From: Ylistrum balloti
Lineage: Eukaryota
Assembly (NCBI RefSeq): GCF_031769215.1
Contig: NW_026781973.1
Coordinates: 372,001 to 436,000 of the forward strand
Length of the DNA stretch: 64,000 nucleotides
Reading direction: 5' to 3'
Shown in pieces: positions 25,815 to 38,408 of the stretch (positions are counted from its first letter, which is position 1; each line of letters opens with the position of its first letter). The position numbers and the translations under genes were made by a program. A model generated the notes under the pieces. That model ran no database searches and was not told the origin of the DNA. It was given only the letters and a program-made list of their open reading frames with translations.

Positions 25815-25900
25815 ATGGCGGGTGTAATTGACGAAGCAGAAGACGCTTACTCTTCCGGAACACCTTATCTTATTCTCCTTGTATTTCTTCAGGAGTATCC
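25815..25900 (+). mobile_element. Dispersed repeat copy, probably a Penelope-like element 3' UTR
   Basis: gacgaagcagaagacgcttactcttccggaacaccttatcttattctcc. Confidence 0.6.
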
Positions 25901-27284
25901 CTGCAAATCTGTCAATCATGTTAAAATTTTCTTTTGTTTTATGTTTTATGTTGATATGTTGGTGATGGGTTTTGGGAGACCTTTGCTATAACATTATAAC
26001 ATACACAACTAAAAGTACACCCACGACAAAAAAGTTAGTTCACCTAAGCAGGGGTTTCATATTTCAATCAATCCATTTAATTGACACATGACCTTTTAAG
26101 ATTAAGTGATAGCGATGATTTTAGATGTGTAATATTTAAAATTATACATGTTATGTTGAGACATATCGGGGAGATATTCAGAACCCTCAATTATATAACA
26201 CGATAGTTGTATCAACATTTCCACTGTAATGATAGATATAGACTGAACTGTTTTGGTTTTAAGACCGAGTGGGGAACAGTCACCGGGATATTGGAATAAA
26301 CCATGCTCATGATACTTGATCTTGAAATGTCTGTTGATGGACTTTCGTAATGATTGCTTTTGTCGATGTTCTTCACCAATGACCTATTAGTTCCACGAAA
26401 TGTTTGGTCATTTTAATCATCTGATGATTTTCCTGTCAGCTGCTGATAAGGGGGTGTTAGATCAAGCTGGTTATATCGGGTTTTTACTAGTATGTGTCCA
26501 GTTGTTTGATACCTTTAACGCCATGTTAGTGTAATTTAACTTTCTAAGTCAAATACAAATTTAGAATAAGATATATTGTCACAAAATCAGGAATTTTACA
26601 TTGTACATTTAGTACAGGATTCTAATGATAAGAATTGCTGAGACTTAGGAGGCTTCTGTTAACGTTAAAATTTGTAGAAATAGATGTCAAAAACACACGG
26701 GGAGGCGCACCCCCCCCAAAAAACTCAATAAATTCTATAAGTCTTATTTTAATATTAGATAATTTCAAAAGAATGTGGAATACATTTCTATACTCTTAAA
26801 CGTGCCATGATTAGAATGAATGAAAGATTGGCATACAAGTCCATAAGTCTGCCACATAATAAAGTTATAACATTTTTGTTTAATATTTTTGATGTGTTTT
26901 CTTTACATATTTGTTATACCCAGTATACCACATGTCTTACAAAAGTCACAACTGTAAATTTTATCAAAAGAAACTTCTGTGCGACATCCTTATTAATTAA
27001 CGTTGAGCCCTAGTCCGCCATTACTTAAACTATCGTACGTAGATAATCATATCGTATTGTAAATATGATAGGCGTTATCAGAAAACTGATAACTGAAGTT
27101 CCAGCATCATACTACAAAACACTACTACAGTCATTAGTATATGTTATCCTACAAGGCTGATATAATGTCTGAAATGACAAGCGGAGAAAACGAATCCTCA
27201 TTTGTATAGTCGTAAAACATTGTACACAAATACACATCCTTCATTTATAAGTAGATAGAATAGAGCTACATTATAAGTTAAATC

Positions 27285-27331
27285 GCACCCTACAGCTGAT
27301 TCGTCCTTCTAGGACGATTCGGCAGTGATGA
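27285..27331 (-). ncRNA. Degenerate hammerhead ribozyme relic
   Basis: Minus strand catca ctgccga atc gtcc tagaa ggac gaat cagctg ta gggtgc. Confidence 0.55.
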
Positions 27332-27464
27332 TAAAGGCTTGAATTTTGAAACCAATGAGGCAGCTGAGGAAAATTAAAACTGACTGAAAGAGATGAAACT
27401 ACCTATAGGGAGCATCACTATTACCATGATGGAAAATAGAAAATTTTCGTAAAATATACGTCAC

Positions 27465-27542
27465 CTGCACGTGGGAGTTCACTTCGTTGACGTCGCGGTT
27501 GTTTAAGTCCACGTTTACTGTATCTTTAATCTCATCATCCAT
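27465..27542 (-). CDS. CAV: Caveolin B variable first coding exon V4 (26 aa)
   Basis: aatATGG; MDDEIKDTVNVDLNNRDVNEVNSHVQ; donor cag|gtgacg, phase 0. Confidence 0.9.
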
Positions 27543-28799
27543 ATTGGAATTTCTTTAGTTGGTTAAATTATAGAACAGTCTATCCTGTAAGGCATACACG
27601 ATCATTTAACTAAGTCTTCATTCTAGATCATCTCAAATCTGTATGTTTAATATATAGTACAGTACAGGAGGTGACACTGTCTCCAAGCAATACCATAAAG
27701 TTTGATGAAGTATTTTATTTTTGGAATGGAAATGATTTTGAATAATCATTATCTGTCATTGACAATGAGTGCGTGAGTAAGGTGGTAAGGGGATCACACG
27801 GTAATCTGTCACGTGACGTATGAGGTACATTTGTAATTAGATAAGATTTATTCAAATCTCTTCTGGTGTGACATGCTAATTGAATAGTTGTTTGATCAGT
27901 GGTATAAGTACGCGTCAGATATATACTTAAACACACTGCATGTAAGATACTAGATAATTAATATCTAACCATTTATACTTGGACTAAAGATATTTATTTA
28001 CACTCAAAATGGTAATATAAAACAAGACAACTTATATTGCCCTCAATATTAATCCTGTGAGTTATGTCAGTTATGTCATGTCAAAATATGTAACTGTAAT
28101 GTGCACATGAAAGAAACAATCATGTTGATGACCCAAAAGCCAGCCAATGTACTATTCCAATCTTGTGAAATAGTACACGGAAAATACAGCAGTGTGTTCC
28201 AAAATGGTAAGGTCTTCTGCTTCATAGAGGAAACCCGTGTTACATGTCACATTCTCAAAGCGAACAAGGTATACCACAGCGGGACCAACAGACAAACTAA
28301 TGAGCATCATATACGTCCAGCTTCATATCGCTCAAAGAAATATAAGGTTTCTCATTGTTATTACTATGACGACCATAAAACTTCCCTAAGATTTTCAACA
28401 GCCCACAACCCTGTTTTATGAGGTTTTCTGTCGACTGACGATTTCTTGTATGAAAATAGTGATATTGAGAACATGCCCTCGAATATCGATTTAACTGCGA
28501 CATGTAAGCATCATAGGTTGGGAATCCAGGGATGTTGCTATCCAGAAATTCAGAAATGCATATAATTCATCCAGTATTAATTAAATATGTGGATCAGAAT
28601 GGAGAAAGATGTGAATAAAGGATAGTTAGCTAAGATTATTGAAGTCGTGGGAATGGATGCAACATTACCGAACATTATAGATAACCAGTGCATGGTTATT
28701 GGGTATCAAATAATTCCCTCGAGAACGGCGAGTCATAAAGTAATACAGAATGGTACTGCTCACGGATAACTAACTTTAGATAGTAGAATACACGTCTAC

Positions 28800-29420
28800 G
28801 TTAATATCTTAGCTCATCATCAGATAGCGAGTTCAAATCGCCTCGTGTCCGTCCGCCCGTCCTTATCAAATCTTGTTTTCGATATTTTAAAGAAGTACTG
28901 GACGAATCTTGTGTGTGTACCGCTTGATCCATATCTGTGGCCTTTTTAATTTGGAACTGATCAGTATAGCAGAATTATTGACGGACGGCCATCTTGAATT
29001 TTGAAAAAAAAAAGTTTGTTATCACTGTCTCTTGGGCAATAATGGGCGGATCTTTATTAGTTCGATTTGTTGGGATTTCGTTTTCATTGGCTCCTTGTTG
29101 TGCCATCCTGATTTTGGGATTTATAATGAAAAAAAGGTCGACAGGTGACCATTTGGATTTGGCCATTAAAGAAGATTATCGCTATTTTTTGTAGGGGAAT
29201 TTTCAAATTTCATGCAATTAAGAGCAAAAACACAAGAAAGAAAAAGGGAAAAAAAGAAAAAATAGCCAATTTCTAAAAACCAAACGATGGCGGGCGTCAA
29301 TATCCTTCTGGGATTTTCTTTGTTTAAATGATCAATTTAAATCAAGTTCTCCAACAACCGAATGGCGGAGCTATAACTTTCGGCATCAATTTCGAGATCA
29401 AGAAGAGTTTCTTTAATCTT
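28800..29420. mobile_element. Degenerate non-autonomous DNA-type repeat (ttagctca...gtccgtcc...gccatcttg family)
   Basis: Motif succession ttagctcatc, gtccgtccgcccgtcc, ggccatcttgaattt resembles non-autonomous elements common in bivalve genomes; class and boundaries uncertain. Confidence 0.4.
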
Positions 29421-30239
29421 ATTGGTGTTTTTAAGACGAACATGACATGTAGATACAACACGAATTACGTCACTTTTATATCATTGTGTAACACAGAAAA
29501 GAGGCACACATGATTTTTAATTAGGTCTGATTAGATTTGAATAGATTTAGTTCTGATTTGCAACGGATTGGTGTTGGCAGAATCAACTAGGTGTAACTAA
29601 GTTAACTAAAATATAAAACATCTTGATATACTTCCGTCATTGACGGATTTGCTATACAGTCGTGTTGTTATTTCCTTAGATAAGGACATAAATAACATGG
29701 TGGATGAGTCGGCGCCCAGTATAAAAAAGACTCACTTGATAGGTCCAAAGTGTACAGAACTGATTATGGGAAAACAGGGTACCCCTAGGATTGTCCTTAA
29801 GGACGTTACTAATGTTACATCAAGCCCTGAAAGAATTTTGAACAATTAAAATTCAGAATCGGCAGCACAATTAAAACCGTGCAAAATCTACCTCACAGAT
29901 TTACATCGGAATTTTTTAACATTTTGAAATAGGGAACAAAACACTGCAAAACTTTCAATATTCTAGTTACTAAAGAGAAATGCATACGACAATTCGTATA
30001 CTACTAGAAGCTTTGAGTTCTTATATATTATAAAACTACCAACATTGTGTATGGTATGAAGTGTGCTCTGTGTGGTTTGATATATATAATATATATCGTT
30101 CAACAGCGAACCGCGGAGAGAATCAATAGCTGTATCGACATTTCGATGAGTGTCCGTATTTTGGAAAAGAATTACCATGGTATAATGACGTAGACAGCTG
30201 ACAATCTGCTTGGCACGGTTGCACCGTATGGTTGCAATT

Positions 30240-31200
30240 AACTTCACAAGAAACCATATGAACGTTTTATTGCTGACCCAACTAACTGTTCAACAAAGCC
30301 TTTGTCAAAACTACTAACCACCATTCTAAGTACTATCAAATCTGGGTTACAATCTTATTGTGATACACAAGAAGTGGAATAAATAGCATGTGGATTTTTG
30401 AGAACTCAAAAGAACTTTTGGCAAATCTTCTAAAAATGTTTCCTTCTATAAGAACTTTTTGTACTCCACTATACACCATTCCAAACTGAAAGAACGCTTT
30501 CGTTCTCCTGTTATAAGAGCGTCATTTTTCAAGAAATGTGAACAAAGGTACAAATATATGGGTGTAAACTATAATGAATCGAATTTAGTGAAAAACAATC
30601 GTCCATATAAAAGAAGAAATATATAGAGGACGAAATCATAAAAATTATCATGTTTTTGACTAACAACATCTTCATCGAGTTTGATCGTAAGATCTTCCAA
30701 CAGCCTATTGGCATACCTATGGGACATAACTGTCCCCTCGGTTGGCTAACTGAATATATCGAAGAGCTTATCAAAACAGGCCATAAAGACCTTGCAATGT
30801 CGTTTAATGTCATTTTCAGATATATAGATGACGTCTTGTCTTTAGATAAAAAGAAATTTATCGACTACATCTATTGCAGATACCCACCAGAATTGGAAAC
30901 CAAGGACACGACAGACTTATCTCAATATTGTCCTACAAAGAAACCAACATGAACAGCTTTTCACCAAGCTGTATGTCTTCAATTTCCCCTACTGTGAATT
31001 TTTATTTCTGGATAGCAACATTCCTGCATCCACATTCTATGACGTTTACTTGTCACAGTTAATTCGATATTCAAAGACCTGTTCCCGTTATCGCTTTTGT
31101 CGTGCATTAAGTCAACTGACGGACAACGTCGGAACACAGGGTTATTAAAAGATGAAGGTTGATGACACTTATGGGGAAATTTTGATGGCCATCATCATCA
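30240..31200 (+). mobile_element. Penelope-like retroelement reverse transcriptase remnant (frameshifted)
   Basis: LHKKPYERFIA..CSTKPLSKLLTTIL, FQQPIGIPMG.NCP, FRYIDDVLSL and YPPELE.KDTTD, spread over broken frames. Confidence 0.85.
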
Positions 31201-32114
31201 TTCCAACTAGATTTTACTGTAGTTGTTTGGAGAACACCTTGGCATTTGAATTGGAGATGAAAAGGGGTAATAAAAAACTTCTGGATATTGAGTTGAGGGT
31301 TTTATAAATATATGTAGTAGATTCTACACTGTGACATACATTGCATAATGTTGATTTTGATTGGCCTAACAAACACTATATGTGATTTGACTTTACATAA
31401 CATTCACAAATAAAACTGATATCTCTGATTCAGACTTAATGATTTTGTATTTAATGTATGTAACTAACCAGCATTTATGAGAAAATAACCATAATGATTG
31501 TAAACGGTAATAACATCGCTGGGATCCACTTCAGTCACGTTCAATGTTTATCTTTCAGTGTAATTCATCGTATCGTAACCGGTACAGTTCAGTGATCCAC
31601 TTTTCTTGGAAAACTTTCACGGGGGATTTTCTTTCTCGGACCTTTGTATCGTCAATTCTGGTATTTTTTGTCTTCCTGCATATTTTTACAGAAGACCAGG
31701 CTCGGACTTTTCGCTGACTCGCTTAGCAAAGCCTGACCCAGTGACAGCAATAAGATATTGATGTTGATTGGCTTCTTTAGACAAAATACAGGAAGGAAGT
31801 ACCAATCAGATTTATCGACACAAGTTTAATAATGTTTAATCAAGTTTATTATGCTATATAAAATGAGTCAAGTGGTGGATAATGATTGAACTATAATTAA
31901 TTGTACGTTTTCCGAACCCTCAATTTTTCTATTTGTTTGACAATTTCTGCAGTACGTAAATGGAAATGCTGGTCATACTTATTGAGAAATATTCTATTTC
32001 TTTGTGTGATTTATCACTGGACGTGTTTGATGTTCGTTAGTTTGCCAGTGGGTTCTGTTGTTGTAGGCGTTGTCCGCATTTGAGCACGTGACTTAACTTA
32101 CTTAAACCAAGGTT

Positions 32115-32200
32115 TACAGGGCGATAATTATGCAAAAGAAGTTTTCTCTTCCGGAACACCTGGTCTTATTCTTCTTCTACTTTTTCAGGAGTCTCCGTGT
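32115..32200 (+). mobile_element. Dispersed repeat copy, probably a Penelope-like element 3' UTR
   Basis: ttctcttccggaacacctggtcttattcttc...tttttcaggagtctcc. Confidence 0.55.
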
Positions 32201-32456
32201 AAATCTTTCTTTTTTATGTTTTGCCCTAGTTTTATTAAATTTGAGTTCGGATTACGATCATATTAACATGTTTGTATTTTCTAGGAATTTTTTCCTTAAC
32301 AATCCTTGTATTATTAACATTAAATTTCGTCAAAGATCATTATTAAGTCTTTACACTTCAGTGTTGTTCTTTCACTGCATCAGATCTGCCGTGTCACGTT
32401 AGTTATTCGACAGAACTGGACGTGAAAGACGAAATCACATCAAAAGTTACACAGTG

Positions 32457-32801
32457 TTAGCCATTGTTTCCATTGTGTTGGACAGAGATACTGGAAAACA
32501 GGAGACCGCACGTCTCGCAAACTGGCGCGAGAATACAACCAACGAGATTTCCGACAAACTTCTGCAAGGCGCTACAGTTGATGACAAAGAGTTTCAACGC
32601 AGGAGTCAAACACCAGACATGTTCAAACGCCACACACGCGAACTGGAATCCCCAGAAAAAAGCCGCACAGAGTCCACAGAAAACAGCCAGGAAGTTATAG
32701 CAACAGTTCTTACTGCATGAAAAGCATTGCTGTGAGGTTTTCCAGACACAGTCGACGCTCTGTATGTCATAACTCTCAGCAAATACATCCTCGAAATTAG
32801 C
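32457..32801 (-). CDS. CAV: Caveolin C, terminal core exon (114 aa + stop); not in ORF track
   Basis: Acceptor cattag (32802), open frame ANFEDVFAESYDIQSVDCVWKTSQQCFSCSKNCCYNFLAVFCGLCAAFFWGFQFACVAFEHVWCLTP...APVCETCGLLFSSISVQHNGNNG*. Confidence 0.93.
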   Translation of the reverse strand, partial: ANFEDVFAESYDIQSVDCVWKTSQQCFSCSKNCCYNFLAVFCGLCAAFFWGFQFACVAFEHVWCLTPALKLFVINCSALQKFVGNLVGCILAPVCETCGLLFSSISVQHNGNNG

Positions 32802-33134
32802 CTAATGTTAGATAAAAACAGCAATGATGAAAAAAATCACAAATTAACAAATTATTTTGACAAATCATCAATGTTGATGAATTTTGAAAATATCAAAATT
32901 TGATGTGATTTAAACACTCTCCATTTTTCTTGTCTTTTTCCTCTTCTGCTTCAGCGAACAGGCTGAAGCAAACGATAAAAAAGGTTTAACACATACATGT
33001 AGCTATTTCACTATTGGTAAAACTACGTGCTTTTGAACTTGATCTTGTTAGAGATTTTAATCATTTGACAATACAGTAAAGCCATATAATTTCTTAATCG
33101 ATAAATAATTCTATTAAATCTGGTCAACATATCT

Positions 33135-34175
33135 ATGAACGAACTCTTACACTCGCCCCATACATCAAAGCTGGTAGATTGTACTGACGAACTCTTACAC
33201 TCGCCCCATACATCAAAGCTGGTAGATTGTACTGACGAACTCTTACACTCGCCCCATACATCAAAGCTGGTAGATTGTACTGACGAACCCTTACACTCGC
33301 CCCATACATCAAAGTTGGTAGATTGTACTGACGAACCCTTACACTCGGACCCATACATCAAAGCTGGTAGATTGTACTGACGAACTCTTACACTCGGACC
33401 CATACATTAAAGCTGGTAGATTGTACTGACGAACCCTTACACTCGCCCCATACATTAAAGCTGGTAGATTGTACTGACGAACCCTTACACTCGCCCCATA
33501 CATCAAAGCTGGTAGATTGTACTGACGAACTCTTACACTCGCCCCATACATCAAAGCTGGTAGATTGTACTGACGAACTCTTACACTCGCCCCATACATC
33601 AAAGCTGGTAGATTGTACTGACGAACCCTTACACTCGCCCCATACATTAAAGCTGGTAGATTGTACTGACGAACCCTTACACTCGCCCCATACATTAAAG
33701 CTGGTAGATTGTACTGACGAACCCTTACACTCGGACCCATACATTAAAGCTGGTAGATTGTACTGACGAACCCTTACACTCGCCCCATACATTAAAGCTG
33801 GTAGATTGTACTGACGAACTCTTACACTCGGGACCATACATTAAAGCTGGTAGATTGTACTGACGAACCCTTACACTCGCCCCATACATTAAAGCTGGTA
33901 GATTGTACTGACGAACCCTTACACTCGGGACCATACATTAAAGCTGGTAGATTGTACTGACGAACTCTTACACTCGGGACCATACATTAAAGCTGGTAGA
34001 TTGTACTGACGAACCCTTACACTCGCCCCATACATTAAAGCTGGTAGATTGTACTGACGAACCCTTACACTCGGGACCATACATTAAAGCTGGTAGATTG
34101 TACTGACGAACCCTTACACTCGCCCCATACATTAAAGCTGGTAGATTGTACTGACGAACTCTTACACTCGCCCCC
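33135..34175. repeat. 48-bp minisatellite, ~21 copies
   Basis: Unit gacgaactcttacactcgccccatacatcaaagctggtagattgtact; starts at 33186 and 33234. Confidence 0.95.
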
Positions 34176-34680
34176 ACTAACCTGTAACTAAACCTGACAT
34201 TTTACCATCACCTTGCAGTGACTTAACCTAACACGTTACCACCACTAACCTGTAACTACACCAGACACGTTACCACCACTAACCTATAAGTGAACCAGAC
34301 ACGTTACCACCACTAACCTGTAACTAAACCTGACACGTTACCACCACTAACCTGTAACTAAACCTGACACGTTACCACCACTAACCTGTAACTAAACCTG
34401 ACATTTTACCATCACCTTACAGTAACTTTACCTAGCATTACCACCACTAACCTGTAACTAAACCTAACACGTTACCACCACTAACCTGTAACTAAACCTG
34501 ACACGTTACCACCACTAACCTGTAACTAAACCTGACACCTTGCAGTAACTTTACCTAACATTACCACCACTAACCTGTAACTAAACCTGACATTTTACCA
34601 TCACCTTGCAGTAACTTAACCTAACACGTTACCACCACTAACCTGTAACTAAACCTGACATCTTACCACCGCTAACTTTA
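34175..34680. repeat. ~34-bp minisatellite abutting the previous array
   Basis: Unit ttaccaccactaacctgtaactaaacctgacacg with variants. Confidence 0.9.
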
Positions 34681-34899
34681 GGTATTATATGCATTTGCAC
34701 AGGTAATCTGTACGAGTGTCTGACTCTTAACAATAACTTTATGGTGATCCGCCATTAGAACCCAGTCTATAATTCATAGATTATCGAATAAAAAACAATT
34801 AATTTCGTAGATGAAAAATTTTTATCATGTTTTATCATCTGCAAATAATGACTAATTTTGAAAACTTAAGTACTGAGATTAAATATTGTAGTCCCTCAC

Positions 34900-34953
34900 C
34901 TGTATATGTACGTTGACACCATTAGGGTCCCGGTCTTGCTTGGGGGAGGCCAT
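34900..34953 (-). CDS. CAV: Caveolin C first coding exon (18 aa)
   Basis: acaATGG; MASPKQDRDPNGVNVHIQ; donor cag|gtgagg, phase 0; candidate acceptor cctttacag just upstream near 34998. Confidence 0.9.
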
Positions 34954-36729
34954 TGTTATTCAACTCTTATTTTGTAAACTTTTGATAAGTATATACCTGT
35001 AAAGGTAAGTAATCTATGGAAGATGTTAACATAGATATCACCTTTTTGGAGAGTATTTTACTTGTACTGAAATATGTAAACAGGAACTGTATACATCGAT
35101 CATTGTAATTGATTAAATACCCCACAACTTCTTACTAGTCCTACTCTTTGACAAGAATTACAACTTAGGACGGAATGTTGAGATTTCTTCCTTATTTTGT
35201 ACACGTACCATTGCAATCAATTGGTTTCAATGTACTAAAAAAAGAATCCAAGCTCCCAGCGTGTGAGATTTCCATGTCGTGTGGTCGAATTGTTTTATTT
35301 GAGTTGACAAAATAAAATCGATATATCTTATACATTTTGTATATTACCATGTCATGATCAACATTTCATAACACAGTAAATATTACCGGGTTGTTTGATT
35401 GCAGTAATAAAATATCTGTGATAGCCTAACAACACTCGAGGTTCTTCAGATTTAAAACTCTCAATACCTTTCTTGAGAGTGAGGTGAAAACACAAGTGGA
35501 AGGTATTGAAACCTTGTTTTTAACGTGCAACACTTGCAATTGAAGTGTTTCCAGTTAAAAATTAAAAAAAAAAAGATAAAATCGGCCGAAGAACTACAGG
35601 CACATGCTCGGTGATGAGGTTTTTTTTCTCAGTTACATAATGGGGTAGATGGACAGGTGTTTATCTGGGGGTACGCATTACATTGTATCTATATACATAT
35701 CAGCTTATTAAGGTAACAGGTACTTGTTGGTCACACCGAGGTAGAAGCGGGAGGTTACACGCCATGCCTCTTTAGATTTTTTATCGTTATTTATCTAAAA
35801 TATCTGAAAAATAATTTGTATTTCAAGTTTTCACGTTCATGATATCAGTGGGTTTCTGGACGTTTTTTTACCAAATACGTTATCGATTCTCAATAAACAT
35901 GTATCATGGTGTCAGATTGATATTATATCACCAAAGTTTAAACGACAGTCTACATTAAAGAAAAGTCAATACACACCATGACTAAAATGTATGTAACGTG
36001 TTTAGATTCATCAAAGGTTGAATAGAAACAAGTTCGTTATTATATAGTATCACTGGTGTTTCGCGTTTTATCATTTTGGAGCTTGTTCACCACCCAATTT
36101 GGCTTTGGCATCAATTTCTACCAAATCTTTCTTACGAGTCTTACCGATTCTCATTTTCTATTTATCACTTGTTCTGGAAAATCTGCTGTATAGCTGTGCG
36201 AAGTCGATTCTCATGTAAAAATGGAATGACATTTTCGTCAGTACTTTCAGGTATAATGTGTAATTTTGTTTATTCTACTTCAGGCTGTAACCGACATCTG
36301 GGAATGTACACGTTACCAATGCCTTAGACAATACAATAACAGCTACAGTAAACCACGCCCCCCCTTTTTTTTTTATCTAGAACTGTTCAGTAATTGTAAT
36401 GTACTAAACGTATTATATGAATTAACAGTAAAATATATGGAAACAGACATATAGACGATTTCAGATCTCTATCCTGATTGGTTAAAAAAGTGACCATATT
36501 AAGATCAAGGTCTTCAAATGATATTGTGTTTGTCCCTATCTATAAATGGCATTTGATTGGTCTAGCTCTACTGATGACGTCATGTTATTAATCTGGATAG
36601 AAATAGACCACATATAAAGTATAATGTGTTTCATCAATGGTACATTAATTGTATTTGATAAAAGGTTGAGTCGATTTCGTTTGGATTTCTAAATTTATAA
36701 AACAGTTTTATCCATAAAATGTATTTACG

Positions 36730-37470
36730 TTTTCAGAACCGTCATTGTTGATAATAGTTCGGCTCATAAGACACTTTTGTGTTATAAGACGGTTTTCAGA
36801 ACCGTCATTGTTGATAATATTTTGTATCATAAGACACTTTTGTGTTCAAGACGGTTTTTAAAACCGTCATTGTTGATAATATTTTGTATCATAAGACACT
36901 TTTGTGTTATAAGACGGTTTTCAGAACCGTCATTGTTGATAATATTTTGTATCATAAGACACTTTTGTGTTATAAGACGGTTTTCAGAACCGTCATTGTT
37001 GATAATATTTTGTATCATAAGACACTTTTGTGTTATAAGACGGTTTTCAGAACCGTCATTATTGATAATATTCTGTGTCATAAGACACTTTTGTGTTATA
37101 AGACGGTTTTCAGAACCGTCATTGTTGATAATATTTTGTATCATAAGACACTTTTGTGATAAAAGACGGTTTTCAGAACCGTCATTCTTGATAATATTTT
37201 GTATCATAAGACACTTTTGTGTTATAAGACGGTTTTCAGAACCGTCATTGTTGATAATATTTTGTATCATAAGACACTTTTGTGTTATAAGACGGTTTTC
37301 AGAACCGTCATTGTTGATAATATTTTGTATCATAAGACACTTTTGTGTTATAAGACGGTTTTCAGAACCGTCATTGTTGATAATATTTTGTATCATAAGA
37401 CACTTTTGTGTTATAAGACGGTTTTCAGAACCGTCATTGTTGATGATATTCTGTATCATAAAACACTTTT
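36730..37470. repeat. 63-bp minisatellite, ~12 copies
   Basis: Unit ttttcagaaccgtcattgttgataatattttgtatcataagacacttttgtgttataagacgg. Confidence 0.95.
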
Positions 37471-38362
37471 GTATTTTAAGACACAGCTTGAAGGTGATAC
37501 AATACAATAAAAGATAAATCATTGTCCTCTAAAACATAGATATAACAATCAACCATTGCCTTATACCCTGTTTATTTAGGACGTCAATAAAGTTTTGTAT
37601 TTATTATTTATTGCGTACGAACTTGTCCGCTGTGTTTCTTACGTCAACGAGCATTAACTGTTGTACAACATCAAATGTAGGAATGCTTACATACACTTAC
37701 TGACCTGAATATCTTCTTGTTAACTGATACTGATATCAACCGAGACCAATTATTGTAAAACATGGTTATTAAACCAATAAAATCACAGATTAATGTGCTG
37801 TTAATTTCATGGTGATTTTTTTATGAAATTAGTTGCGCCAGTCTATCGCCACATTATCAATGACGTCATATATATCCAAAATAATGATGGCAAAAATGAT
37901 ATATGACCTACGCATGAGTTTCAATTTGCATACCAGATATGGACCCTCCAATCCTTCCAATAAAAAAACACATCTATTCGACCACATTTCATATTTATAT
38001 CGATTTGGTTAAAATCGTTTTCTTTTCCCCTATTTTATGTGAGGTTTAAGCAATGAGTCCCTGATATGTTTCTTGGCTCTAACAGTGTATGGTTACCTGT
38101 TAGCTCACTTTTGGTGTTATAACAGACCGTTCCATATCGTTAATATTGTAATTGACTGACTAGCATGCCTGTATCACAACTTAATTCTTACTTTCATTCT
38201 AAAATACAGCAGTTAAACTTGTAACTGACAGAATGGGAGATACCACAGAAGAGAGGTTTGCCACCCATAAGTATACAGGACTGTACAAAAAGCTCACAAC
38301 TGAATCACATCTTGCGATACAAAAAAATAATCAGATAGAGTAAAGCCAAACAATGAATTAAA

Positions 38363-38408
38363 GTGTATCACACAGCTGTTTCGTCCTTCAAGGAGTCGTC
38401 AGTGATGC
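38363..38408 (-). ncRNA. Near-intact hammerhead ribozyme relic
   Basis: Minus strand gcatca CTGACGA ctcc ttgaa ggac GAAA cagctg TG tgatac: core intact, but C-C mismatch at the base of stem II and a GUG triplet. Confidence 0.65.

Noticed and set aside
17913-27542. Interpretation of the four small exons as four separate caveolin genes
   Set aside because: No additional core exon is visible on either strand between 15481 and 32457; a core exon would need ~340 bp of open Cys/Trp-rich frame.
29640-29849. Protein-like ORF upstream of the PLE remnant
   Set aside because: No recognisable motif; cannot be assigned without a database search.
31480-31560. Minus-strand LNVTEVDPSDVITVYNHY resembling a caveolin first exon
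   Set aside because: No RD motif, poor donor (gttatt) and wrong spacing.
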